Part shown: piece by piece, positions 36,598-49,000 of the stretch
Numbering within the stretch: position 1 is the stretch's first letter
How the letters are laid out: each line of letters begins with the position of its first letter
Source of the DNA: Mobula birostris
Taxonomy: Eukaryota
Direction: 5' to 3'
Assembly (NCBI RefSeq): GCF_030028105.1
Contig: NC_092376.1
Coordinates: 175,648,143-175,706,332, forward strand
DNA length: 58,190 nt
Translations under genes and position numbers: made by a program
The notes under the pieces: generated by a model
The model's input: the letters and a program-made list of their open reading frames with translations, nothing else
Database searches by the model: none
Told to the model about the DNA's origin: nothing

Positions 36598-36959
36598 TGC
36601 ATTGGGCCCATTTCCCTCCTTTCCTCTCAGACATTATAATTGTGTCCACCTTGACCACTTGCTCCAACAGCTCGTTTATACACCCACCACCCTTCAGTGT
36701 GGATAACTTCACTCAGCTACTTCCACCACCTACAGACTCTCTCTTATGGACACTACCACACATGTTCTCAGTCTTATTGTATTCATAGTTTGTCTTCTTT
36801 TGCACGTTGATTCTTTGTCAGTCTTTGTTTTTGTATCATTTTTTATAAAATCTACACTATTTCCTCATTTTCCTGTAAATGCCTGCAAGGAAATGAATCT
36901 CAGCTTAGTATATGGTGACATATATGTACTTCAATAATAAATTTATTTTGACTTTGACC

Positions 36960-37500
36960 CAGTGGAGGGGCCACTGCATAGGATCAGAAAACGCTGCAGA
37001 AAGCTGTAAACTCAGCCAGCCCCATCACGGGCACTCGCCTCCCCAGCATACAGGACGTCTTCAAAAGACAGTGCTTCAAAAAGGCAGCATCCATCATTAA
37101 GGACCCCCATCACCCAGGACATGGCCTCTTCTCATCGCTACCATCAGGGAGGAGGTACAGGAGCCTGAAGGCTCACGCTCAATGATTCAGGAACAGCTTC
37201 TTTAGGAATGCCATCAGATTTCTGAATGGACAATGAACCCATGAACAATACCTCACTATAATGTTCTCATTATGACCATCAGGGAGGAGGTACAGGAGCC
37301 TGAAGGCTCACGCTTAATGATTCAGGAACAGCTTCTTCCCTCCGCTAAATGGACAATGAACCCATGCAAATCACATCACTATTTTGCTTTCTTTTTGCAG
37401 TAATTTTTCGATTTTATATTTTTTATTCTGTTTTTATGTCTTGCACTATAATGCTGCCACAAAACAACAAATTTTGTCACATATGATCCTGACCCTGGCT
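36960..37500 (+). mobile_element. Rex1/Babar 3' fragments with a local tandem duplication
   Basis: accatcagggaggaggtacaggagcctgaaggctcacgct block occurs twice (~37140 and ~37277). Confidence 0.75.
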
Positions 37501-37650
37501 CTGATCCAGTCCCGGATTCGAATACAGATTCTGAATGGTAATTATATACTGATTAGTTAAGGTGTTGGGAAGCAAAGGACAAAACCAGTCAAACTACTGT
37601 AGCAAATATTGATGCACCTTCTGAAAAATCACCTCCTGAAACAGCTTTCA

Positions 37651-37688
37651 CCCGGAAACTGGTGACTCAGCAGCCAGAGGCCAATCAG
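37651..37688 (+). promoter_or_regulatory. X-X2-inverted Y module 1 (CCCGGAAACTGGTG / TGACTCA / 11 nt / CCAATCAG)
   Basis: X-box-like 14-mer overlapping an AP-1/CRE-type heptamer, followed by a perfect inverted Y box, in non-repetitive sequence. Confidence 0.6.
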
Positions 37689-38391
37689 GATCGTCTGCTC
37701 GCTGTCTCCCTCAGCCATCCCACCAATCCGTTGCTTCCTTTCCGGGGGAATTGGAGCCTAAGGCTGACCGCTCCAGCAGGAATGGGTGCAGGGTGTTCCA
37801 CCCTAACCCTGAGGACATGCTCCATCACCACAGCAGAGCCGTACTGACCAACTACACTGGGCGGGGGGAGACAGCCATCCTCATGGTCAGAGAGCACACC
37901 AGCACAGAAACCGGCCCTTCAGCCCATCTAGTCTATGTTGAACTGTTATTCTGCCTAGTCCCATAGACATAACCAAAAATGTTGACTATTTATCCCGCTC
38001 CACAGATGCTGCCTGACCTGCTGAGCTTCTCCAGCATTTTGTGTGGACATGCTGTGTTTGTGTGGCGACCCTTGCCGGCTGCCCCCGGCACATCCTCGGA
38101 CTGTGTTGGTTGTTGACGCATACGGCGCAGTTCACTGTATGTTTCGAGATAAATAAAGCTCTCAAATCTCCCTCTTATGATGTATCTTGTGGATGCTGCT
38201 TATCTGATGCAATGCGCCTGTGATGGTGCTGTAGGTAAGTTTTTAATTGCACCTATGTTCAAGGCGTGACAATAAAACTCGACTCTGATTTTGGAGTGAG
38301 CGCCGCGTCGAGGCTACCAAAATGCGGCTATTTAGCGGTAAATTACGGGTCTTGGTTTGAGTCTCCGAAACTCCGTCTCATCCACCATCCT

Positions 38392-38426
38392 CTGCCCAGC
38401 AACTGATGAGTCACCACTCAGCCAAT
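38392..38426 (+). promoter_or_regulatory. X-X2-inverted Y module 2 (CTGCCCAGCAACTGATGAGTCACCACTCAGCCAAT)
   Basis: X box CCCAGCAACTGATG (class II X1 is CCTAGCAACAGATG), TGAGTCA, 8 nt, CCAAT; lies in a CpG-rich unique patch. Confidence 0.78.
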
Positions 38427-38689
38427 GACTGGCGGCTCCCGCTCTCACCGGAGGCTTCACTCAGTAGGTGCGAAAGCGTCCGACCCAAGCCAGGAATTAA
38501 CTCTCGAGTAATACCCGCACACAAATTCAGCAGGTCAGGCAACATCAGTGGAGAGGAATAAATTCAACTTCAAGTTTATTGTCATTCAGTTATATACATG
38601 AACACAGCCAAATAAAGCAGTGTTCCTCCCCGGTCAAGGTGCAAAAGCAACAGTACCAAGTTACACACAACACATAGCACATACAGTTA

Positions 38690-40060
38690 GGAAACTGTCA
38701 AGATAATTATGGGGGATTTTAATATGAAGGTGGATTGGGAAAGTCAGGAAGGTACTGGATCTCAGGAGAGGGCGTTGGTAGAATGCCTACAGGATGGCTT
38801 TTTGGAGCAACTTGTCCATAAGCCCACCAGGGGACCGGCTGTTTTGGATTGGGTGCTGTGTAACGAACCTGAGGCGATTCGGGAGCTGGAGGTAACGGAA
38901 CCCCTTGGAAGTAGGGATCATAATATGACTGAGTTCAGTTTCAAATTTGAAAAGGAGAAGCTGGTATCGGGTGTATCGATATTTCAGTGGAACAAAGGAA
39001 ATTACAGTGATATGAGAGAGGAACTGGGAAAGTAAGCTAGCTGGAGGGACGGTAGAGCAGAATTGGATGAAATTCCTACAAGAAATAAGGAAAGTGCAGG
39101 AAAACTATACTCCAAGAAAAAAGAAAATCGTGAATGGAAAAATGGCACAAATGTGGCTAACGAGAGAGGTTAAGGCTAAAATAAAAGCAGAAGAGACGGC
39201 GTACAAGGAAGCAAAAATTAGTGGGAAAACTGAGGATTGGACGACTTTTAAAAACTTACAGAAGGAAACTAAGAAAGTCATTAGGAAAGAAAAGATGAAT
39301 TAATAAAGGAAGTTGGCAATTAACATAAAAAAGGATACTAACAGTTTTTTCAAATAGGGTCCTCGTGCAGGATACCCTAAAGGTTAACCACCAGGTTGGA
39401 TCGGCGGTAAGGAAAGCGAATGCTATGTTGGCATTCATTTCAAGAGGAATATTGTATAAGAGTAAGGAGGTGGTGATGAGGCTCTATGGGGCACCGGTGA
39501 GACCACATTTGGAATATTGTGTGCAGTTTTGGGCCCCCTATCTTAGAAGGGATGTACTGTGTTGGAGAGAGTTCAGAGAAGATTTACAAGGATGATTCCT
39601 GGAATGCTGGGGCTAACATATGAGGAGCGTTTGTCGGCTCTTGGATTGTATTCATTACAGTATAGAAGAATGAGAGGGGATCTCATAGAAACATTTCGAA
39701 TGTTGAAAAGGTTGGACAGAGTAGATGTGGAAAGGCTGTTTCCCTTGGTGGGTGAGTCCAGGGCAAGAAGCCATAGTCTTAGAATTAGAGGGTACCCATT
39801 TAAAACAGAGATGAGGAGAATTTTTTTTAGCCAGAGAGTCGTGGATTGATGGGATTTGTTGCCACATACAGCTGTGGAAGACAATCATTGAGAGTGTTTA
39901 AGGAGGAGATTGATAGATATCTAATTAGTCAGGGTATCAAGGGGTATTTGGGAAAAAGCCAGAAATTGGAACTAGATGGGAGAATAGTTTAGCTCATGGT
40001 GGAGTGGCGGAGCAGACTTGATGGGCTGAATGGCCTACTTCTGCTCCATTGTCTTGTGAT
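38690..40060 (+). mobile_element. CR1 fragments (APE end and 3' end)
   Basis: MGDFNMKVDW..FLEQLV and RPHLEYCVQFWAP..FFSQRVV. Confidence 0.9.
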
Positions 40061-40439
40061 CTTGTGATTGTGATGATAGCAGGAAACAACATACTGTCAG
40101 AAAATAAATAATAATACAGCCCAAGTTCCTGATTGGTATAAACAGTTGATGTTTCTCAGCCAAGACCCTTCATCAGCACTGGGTAGGGAGGGGGCGGCAG
40201 CCAGAATAAGCAGCGAGAGAGGAAAAAGTACAGTTGCTCTCATCCCTCCCTCCCTTCTTCTATTCCCAATTCTGGTTCTCCATCTCACCCCTTCTTTTCT
40301 CCTTAACTGCCGATCATCTCCATCTAGGGCCCCTCCTCCATCCCTTTCTCCCTTGGTCCACTCTCCTCTCTTATCAGATTCCCTCTTCTCCTGCCTTTTA
40401 CCTTTTCCACCTATCACCTCCCAGCTTCTCACCTCATCC

Positions 40440-40750
40440 GTCTTCCCCACCCACCCCCTCACCTGGTCTCACCTATCACCTCCCAGTGTCTCACTTCATC
40501 CCCCCCACCCACCCACCTTCCCCCTCACCTGGTCTCACCTATCACCTCCCAGTGTCTCACGTCATCCCCCTCTCCCACCCACCAACCTTCCCCCTCACCT
40601 GGTCTCACCTATCACCACCCAGTGTCTCACTTCATCCCCCTCCCCCACTCACCCACCTTCCCCCTCACCTGGTCTCACCTATCACCTCCCAGTGTCTCAC
40701 TTCATCCCCCTCCCCCACCCACCTTCTCCTCACCCGGTCTCACCTGTCCT
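40440..40750 (-). repeat. Second copy of the G-rich minisatellite, ~4-5 units, inverted relative to 33610-34130
   Basis: Unit cctcacctggtctcacctatcacctcccagtgtctcacttcatcccc is the reverse complement of the first array. Confidence 0.92.
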
Positions 40751-43489
40751 CACCTTGTGTGAGTTGCTCTGGATTTCCAGCACCTGCCGAATCTCTTGTG
40801 CTGAGAATTTAAGCCTGGCTCCAGCACTGATTTCTCTTTCCCAATGCAGGCTGGCTTTATCCAAACAGATCAGTTCAGGGTAAGAGGCCATTCAGCCCTT
40901 CGACTGCTATTCTGCCACTCAGTTGTCTGGAATTGGAATTTCAACTAGATTTGTGTTATTGTTGTCACACTATAGGGATATAGTGAAAGGCATCGTGTTG
41001 TAGAGCACTACAGCACAGATACAGGCCCTTCAGCCCATCTAGTCCATGCTAAACTGTCAATTCTGCCTGGTCCCATTGACCTGCACCCAGACCACAGCCC
41101 TCCACTCCCTTCCCATCCATGTACTGATCTAATTTTCTCTTAAACCTTGCAGTCAAAGCCACGTCCACCATTCTTTAAAGCCTCCATCACCCAGGACGTG
41201 CCCTCTTCTCATCGCTACCACCAGGGAGGAGGTACAGGAGCCTGAAGACCCACACTCAATGATTCAGGTACAGTTCATCGCCATCAGATTTCTGAATGGA
41301 CAATGAACCTATAACCTCTGCCCCAGCTTTTTCCCTCACTTTTTGTGCTACTTATTTAATTAAATTTCCAATATATATTTTTATTGTGATTTTCAGATAT
41401 TTTATCATGTACTGCTGCCCCAAAACAACAAGTTTCACAACATATGCCGGTGATATTAAGCCTGGTTCTGATTCGGATTCAGATTCCACTGGCCACTCGT
41501 TCCACACTCTCACCACCCTCTGCGTGAAGGAGATCCCCCTCAGCCTCCCCCCTAAACATTTCACCCTTCACCTTTAACCCATGACCTCGAGTTCTCATCT
41601 CACCTCTCACCAGTTCAGGTGAAAAGTCACATCAGTAGGTGCCTGGTGTTGAATCGGCTTGGTGGCAGGAAGAGGAGCTCTGAGACACAAGGCTTGTAAA
41701 GTTGTGGCAGCATGAAAGCAGGCCACTCAGCCCATCTAGTGCATGGCAAACTACTCCCATCAGCCTGCACCCGGAACATAGCCCACCACACCCCTCGTCT
41801 CCATGTACCTATCTAAATTTCTCTCAAATATTCATACCGTTCACACTGATTGAATCACATCAATTCATGACAGTCAGATGGACTCAGCGGGAGGCCTTGA
41901 CTCTATGAATCAAAATCAGCTTTAATATCACCGACATGTCGTGAGGCCCATCGCCTCCCTCTGGTGCTCCTCCCCCCTTTCTTCCATGGCCTTCTGTCTT
42001 CTATTAGACTCTCCCTTCTCCAGCCCTGTATCCCCTTTCATCAATCAACTTCCCAGCTCTCTACTTCATCCCTCCCCCTCCTGGTTTCACCTATCACCTT
42101 GTGTTTCCCTCTCCCCTCCTTTTAAATCTACCCCTCAGCTTTGTTTTCTCCAGTCCTGCCCAAGGCTTTTGGCCTGAAACATCGACTGTACTCTTTCCAC
42201 AGATGCTGCCTGGCCTGCTGAGTTCCTCTAGCATTTTGTTTGTGTTGCTCGGACTTCCAGCATCTGCAGGTTTTCTCTTGTTTGGCATATGTCGTGAAAT
42301 TTGTTGTTTTGCGGCAGCAGTACATTGGAATACATAATTTAAAAACTATAAATTACAATGAGTATTGTATATGTGCTGTACAAATGCACAAGGCATGTGT
42401 CAACACCTGGAATTATGATATTGTAGCAATTACTGAGACTCGGTTGCAAGAGGGGCAGGACTGACTCTATATTTCAGGTTTCCGTTGTTTTAGACAAAAC
42501 AGTGGGAAGGATTAAAGGAGGAGGGGGTGGTGTTACTTGTCCGGGAAAATGTCACGGCAGTGCTCCATCAGGACAGACTGGAAAACTCGTCTAGTGAGGC
42601 GTTATGGGTCGAAATGAGGAATAAGAAAGGTATGACCATGTTGATGGGGCTCTATTACAGACCACCCAACAGTCAGAGAGACTTAGAGGAACAAATTTGT
42701 AGAGAGATTGCAGACTGTTGCAAGGAACATAAGGTTGTGATAGTAGGTGATTTTAACTTTCCATGTATTGACTGTGACTCCAACATTGTAAAAGGACTAG
42801 AGTTTGTCAAACGTGTTCAGGGAAGTTACCTTAAACAGTACATAGAAGTCCCAACAAGATGCTGGATCTGCTGTTAGGGAACGAGACAGGGCAGGTGACA
42901 CAAGTTTGTGTAGGGAACACTTTGCATCTAATGATTATGATGGCATTAGTTTCAATGTAATTATGGAAAAGGAAAGGTCTGGTCCTTTGGTTGAAGTTCT
43001 AAATTGGACAAAAGGCCAATTCTGATGGTATCAGAAAGGATCTGGCAAGTGTGGATTGGGACGAGCTGTTTTCTGGCAAAGGTGTACTTGGTAAGTGGGA
43101 GGCCATCAAAAGAGGAATTTTGAGAATACAAAGCTTGCATGTGCCTGTCGGGCAAGGATAGGTTTAGGTAACCTTGGTTTTCAAGTGATATTGAGGCCCC
43201 GGTTAAGAAAAAAAAGCAGATGTATAGCAGGTATAGGCATGTAAGGACAAAGGTGGTACTTGAAGAGCATAAGAAATGCAAGAGAACACGTAAGAATGAA
43301 ATAAGGAGGCTACAAGAAGGCATGAGGTTGCCCTAGCAGACAAGGTGAAGGAGAAACTGAGGAACTGTAAGAGCAACAGGATTGCAAGGGACCAAATTGG
43401 TCATCTGGAAGATCAGCATGGTAATGTCTGCATGAAGCCAAAAAGATGGAGGAGATCTTAAATGTATTTTTTGCATCTGTGTTTACTTG

Positions 43490-44269
43490 CTGATGACATC
43501 GTACTAATAGCTGACTCAGAAACAAAACTTCAAGAACTACTCACTATAGTGGCAGCAGAAAGTAATCGCAGAGGCCCCTCAATCAACACCAAGAAGACAG
43601 AAAGCATGGTCATCTCCAGAAAGACAAACATCCCACAATGCGTGATCAAGATCGGAAATACAAACATCAAACAAGTCAATAAATTCAGATATCTTGGCAG
43701 CCTAATAACAAGTGATGGCAGGTGTGACACAGATATCAAATACAGAACAGCAATGGCAAAAGAAGCTTTCCAAAAAATGAAGAGCATATTAACAGACAGA
43801 AAGATGAGCACATACACTAAGAACAGAATACTGCAGCGCTACATTTATTCTATCCTGATTTATGGAAGTGAATGCTGGACCATTTCCCCAGCAATGGAAA
43901 AGAGACTAGAAGCAGCTGAATTATGGTTCTACAGGAGAATGTTAAAAATATCACGGACCACACCACATCAAATGAAGAAGTTCTCAGAAGAACCCAAGCA
44001 GTTCGATCACTCATACCAACAATAAGAGAAAGACAACTCAGATTCCTAGGACACATCATGCGGAAAGATGAACTAGAAAAACTCATACTCTCTGGAAAGA
44101 TTGTGGGGAGCAAAACTAGAGGAAGACCTCGGCTTATGTACATCAAAAGCATAGCCAGGTGGCTACACATCGAGGAAATGGAAGTCATCCAAAGAACGAG
44201 GGATAGATCTATATGGAAAACCATGGTCACTAAAGTCCACATCGGATATGGTACCTAGACAGACAGGCA
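43490..44269 (+). mobile_element. RTE-clade LINE, 5'-truncated, with 8-bp TSD TTTACTTG
   Basis: ADDIVLIAD..FRYLGS..YGSECW..RQLRFLGHIMRK..RGRPR with one frameshift; (CAGA)n tail; TTTACTTG at 43482-43489 and 44270-44277. Confidence 0.93.
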
Positions 44270-44531
44270 TTTACTTGTGAAACAGACGCAGAGTCTACAG
44301 AAGTGAGGCAAAGCAGCAATGAGGTCATGGACCCAATGGAGATTACAGGGGAGGACGTGTTTGCTGTCTTGAGGCAAATTAGGGTGGAAAAATCCCCAGG
44401 CCCTGACAAGGTTTTCCCTTGGACCCTGTGGGAGACAAGAAATTGCCAAAGCCCAGCAGAGATACTCAAACAACACACATCAAATTTGCTGGTGAACGCA
44501 GCAGGCCAGGCAGCATCTATAGGAAGAAGTA

Positions 44532-44568
44532 CAGTCGACATTTCAGGCCAAGACCCTTCGTCAGGACT
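44532..44568 (-). ncRNA. Penelope-type minimal type I hammerhead ribozyme motif (best-preserved copy)
   Basis: AGTC-CTGACGA-AGGGTCTTGGCCT-GAAA-TGTC-GACT: intact CUGANGA and GAAA cores, GUC triplet and stem I pairing AGTC/GACT. Confidence 0.6.
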
Positions 44569-46039
44569 AACGGAAGGAAGAGCTAGCAAGAGATTTGATG
44601 GGGAGCAGTGAGAGATGGTTTCACTGAACTCCCGTCGAAGAGAAGATTTAAACTTCTTCAGTGTAGGCATCACGGAAGAGGCTTCGCAGTAGAGAATTTA
44701 AAAACGCAAACACAAGGAATTCTGCAGATGCTGGAAATTCAATCAACACACATCAAAGTTGCTGGTGAACGCAGCAGGCCAGGCTATTCAAATCATGCTT
44801 AGTGACAGGTGAGGTACCAGAGGATTGGAGGATAGCTAATGTTGTTCCACTGTTTAAGAAAGGCTCTAAGAATAAACCAGGAACTTATAGGCTGGTGAGT
44901 CTGACATTAGTAGTGGGAAAGTTATTGGAAGGTATTCTAAGGGACTGGATATATCAGTGTTTGGATAGGCATGGACTGATTAGGGATAATCAGCATGGCT
45001 TTGTGCTTGGTGCATTGTGTCTAACCACTCTTATAGTGTTTTTCAAGGAAGCTACCAAGAAAGCGGATGAAGGCAAGGCAGTGAATGTTATCTACATGGA
45101 CTCCATTAAGACACTTAACAAGGTCATACATGGGAGGCTGGTCAAGAAGGTTCAGTCATTTCACATTCAAGATGAAGTAGTAAATTGGATTAGACATTGG
45201 TTTGTGGGAGTAGCCAGAGAGTGCTAGTTGAGGGTTACCTCTCTGACTGGAGGCCTGTAACTAGTGAAGTGCCGTAGGGATTGGTGCTGGGTCCTTTGTT
45301 GTTTGTCATCTGTATTAACGATCTGGATGACAATGTGATTAACTGGATCAGCAGATATGGGGATGACACCAAGACTATGGGAATAGTGGAAAGAGAGAAC
45401 GATTTTCGAAGTTTGCAGCAGGATCTAGACCTGCTGTAAAAATGGGCTGAAAATGGGAGATGGAATTCAATGCAGACGAGTGTGAAGTGTTGCACTTCAC
45501 AGCCAGGGTAGGTCTTCCACAGTGAATGGTAGGGCACTGAGGAGTGTGGTAGAACAAGTGGATCTGGGGATACAGGTCTATGATTCATTGAAAGCGGCAT
45601 CACACGTAGATAAGGTTGTGAAGAAAGCTTTTGACACACTGTGTTTCTTAAATCAAAGTACTGAATACAAGAGTTATGTTGAAGTTGTATAAGATGTTAG
45701 TCAGGCTTAATTTGGAGTATTGTGTGTAGTTCTGGTCACCTACCTACAGGAAAGATGCAAATAATGTTGAAAGAGTACAGAGAAAATTTACAAAGATGTT
45801 GCCAGGACTGGAGGACCTGAGGATATAAGGAAAGTTTAAATGGATTAGTACTTCATTCCTTAGAACATCAAAGATTGAGGAGAAATTTGATAGAGGTGCA
45901 CAAAATTATGAGGGATATAGATAGGGTAAATGCAAGAAGTTTTATCTCTAAGATTGGGTGAGACTACAACTAGATGTAATGGGTTAAGGAGGAAAGGTGA
46001 AATGTTGAAGGGGAACATGAGGGGAAACTTTCTAGTGGC

Positions 46040-49000
46040 CCAAATCAGCAGCAGGAGCAGACCACAGCGATGAGGCTTTTGTAGATTGGCAACGCTTGTT
46101 TAAAAGGCCAGTGGTGAGAGTAGGAGTGTCAGGATTTGGCTCACAGGAAGTTTTAGCTCAAAAGAGACGTTGGCTCTGGGTAAGCATTTATTAAGGTTCC
46201 CTTTTCTTTTCTCTCTTACTGTACCTGGTGTAGTAAATGGCTGTCGTGTGTTCTTCATGCCAGATGTTGCAGTCCTGAGAGTCGCGGAGTCTCCCGGGGA
46301 GCTACGTGTGTGTCAGGTGCATCCAGCTGCAGCTCCTTGTAGACCGTGTTAGGGATCTGGAGCAACAGCTGGATGATCTGTGGTTTGTACAGGACAGTGA
46401 GGAGATCATCGATCAGAGTTACAGGGAAGTAGACAACCGAGGTTGCAGGAGGTGAGTAGCTGGGTGACTGTCAGGAGAACTGGAAACAGAGTACCCCTGT
46501 AGCCTCTCAATAATAAGTACACTGTTGTGGGGGATGACCTCCCAGGGAATGCCACGAAGACCGGGTTACTGGCACTGAGCATAGGTACATGGTGCAGAAG
46601 AGAAGAGGGGAGAGGAGGAGAGGAGTAGTGGTAGAGGACTCAGTAGTCAGTGAAACAGACAGGAGATTCTATGCATGTGAACAGGACACCCAAATGGTAT
46701 GTTGTCTCCCAGGTATCAGGGCCAGGGATGTCTTGGACTGTGTCACAGCATTTTGGAGAGGGAGGGGGAGCAGCCAGATGTCTTGGTACATATTGGTACC
46801 AATGACACAGGAAGGAAAAGCAAAGAGGTCCTGAAAAGAGAATTTAGAGAGCTAGGTAGAAAGCTGAAAAGCAGGACATCCTGGGTAGTAATTTCTGGAT
46901 TGCTGCCTGTGCCACGCGTCAGTGAGAGTAGAAACAGGATGATTTGGCAGATGAATGCCTGGCTGAGAAGTTGGTGCAGGGACAGGGCTTCAGGTTCTCG
47001 GATCATTGGCATCTCTTCCAAGGGAGGTATGACCCAATCAAAAGTGACGGCTGCAGCTGAACCGAGGGGCAGCAATATTCTTGTGGGCAAGTCTGTTAGA
47101 GTTGTTGGGGAGGGTTTAAACTAGTCTGGCAGGGGGTGGGAACTGGTGAAGGGACTCAGGGTAGGACGGATGATAAAAAAACCAAAGATAGCGCGCAGTC
47201 AGACTGTCAGGAAGGGCAGACAGATGATAGGACAAAATTGCAGCCAGCAAGGTGAGTATCAGTACATTAGGGATGCAGAAGCAAAAAGGGTAGCAAATAC
47301 GGCTCTCAAAGAAATAACGTGGTTGATCTTGTTGCAGTATTACAGATTGACAGATGTGATATTATGGCTGAAGGATGGAGCTGAATGTCCAAGGTTACAC
47401 ATTGTATCAGAGGGATAGGAAGGTACGTGGAGGGGGTGGTGTGGTTCTGCTGGTAAAGAATGGCATCAAATCAGTAGAAAGATGTGACATAGAATCAGAA
47501 GATGTTGAATCCTTGTGGGTTGAGTTTAGAAACTGCAAGGGTAAAAGGACCCTGATGGCAGTTACATACAGGCCTCCCAACAATGGCTGGGAGGTGGACC
47601 ACAGATTACAGCAGGAAATAGAAAAGTCATGTAAAAAGGACAATGTTATGATAGTCATGGGAGATTTTAACATGCAGGTTGATTGGGAAAATCAGGTTGG
47701 TAATGAATTGAATTGAATTGACTTTATTTCTTACATCCTTCACATACATGAGGAGTAAAAATCTTATGTTATGTCTCTGTTTAAATGTGCAATGTGCAAT
47801 CATAGTAATTCATAATAACTTATAATAAATAGAACAGTCAACATAATATAGAGAAGACTCAAATCAGCGTGAGTTGATCAGTCTGATGGCCTGGTGGAAG
47901 AAGCTGTCTCGGAGCCTGTTGGTCCTGGCTTTTATGCTGTGGTACTATTTCCCAGATGGTAGCAGCTGGAATAGATTGTGGTTGGAGTGATTTGGGTTCC
48001 CAGTGATCCTTCGGGCCCTTGTTACACACCTGTCTTTGTAAATGTCCTGAATAGTGGGAAGTTCACATCTACAGATGCGCTGGGCTGTCCGCACCACTCT
48101 CTGCAGAGTCCTGCGATTGAGGGAAGTACAGTTCCCATACCAGGCAGTGATGCAGCCAGTCAGGATGCTCTCAATTGTGCCCCTGTAGAAGGTCCTTAGG
48201 ATTTGGGGGCACATACCAAACTTCTTCAACCGTCTGAGGTGAAAAAGACGCTGTTGTGCCTTTTTCACCACACAGCTGGTGTGTACAAACCACATGAGGT
48301 CCTCAGTGATGTTTATGCCGAGGAACTTAAAGCTGCTTACCCTCTCGACCCCAGATCCATTGATGTCAATAGAGGTTAGTCCGTCTCCATTCCTCCTGTA
48401 ATCCACAACCAGCTCCTTCGTTTGTGCGACGTTGAGAGAGAGGTTGTTTTCTTGACACCACTGTGACAGAGAGATGAATTCGTCCCTGAAGCTAACCTCA
48501 TTATTGTTTGAGATTAGGCCAATCAATGTAGTATCATCAGCAAATTTAATTAGCAGATTAGAGCCATGGGTGGCAACACAGTCATGGATCTCAAGAGAGT
48601 GAGTTTGTTGAAAGCCTATGAGATGGTTTTTTAGAGCAGTTTGTCATTGAGCCTACTAGGAGATCAGCTATACTGGATTGGGTGTTATGTAATGAATCAA
48701 AGGTGATTAGGGAGCTTAAGGTAAAAGAACCCTTAGGAGACAGTGATCACAATATGATTGCGTTCAACTTGAAATCTGATAGGGAGAAAGTAAAGTCTGA
48801 CATAGCAGCACTTCTGTGGAGTAAAGGAAAATAGTAAAGGAAGTGGTATGAGAGAGGAGTTGGCCAAAGTAAATTGGAAGGAGCTACTGGCAGGGATGAC
48901 AGCAGAGCAGCGATGGTGTGAGTTTCTGGGGAAAATGAGGAAGGTGCAGGACATGTGTATTCCAAAAACAAAGAAATACTCAAATCCCAAAATAGTACAA

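Larger units (their letters stand above)
42385..46030 (+). mobile_element. Older CR1 (APE to 3' end) interrupted by RTE and Penelope-derived insertions
   Basis: WNYDIVAITETRL, YYRPPNS, KSPGPD, VPEDWRIANV and the RT/3' region, colinear across the insertions. Confidence 0.88.
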
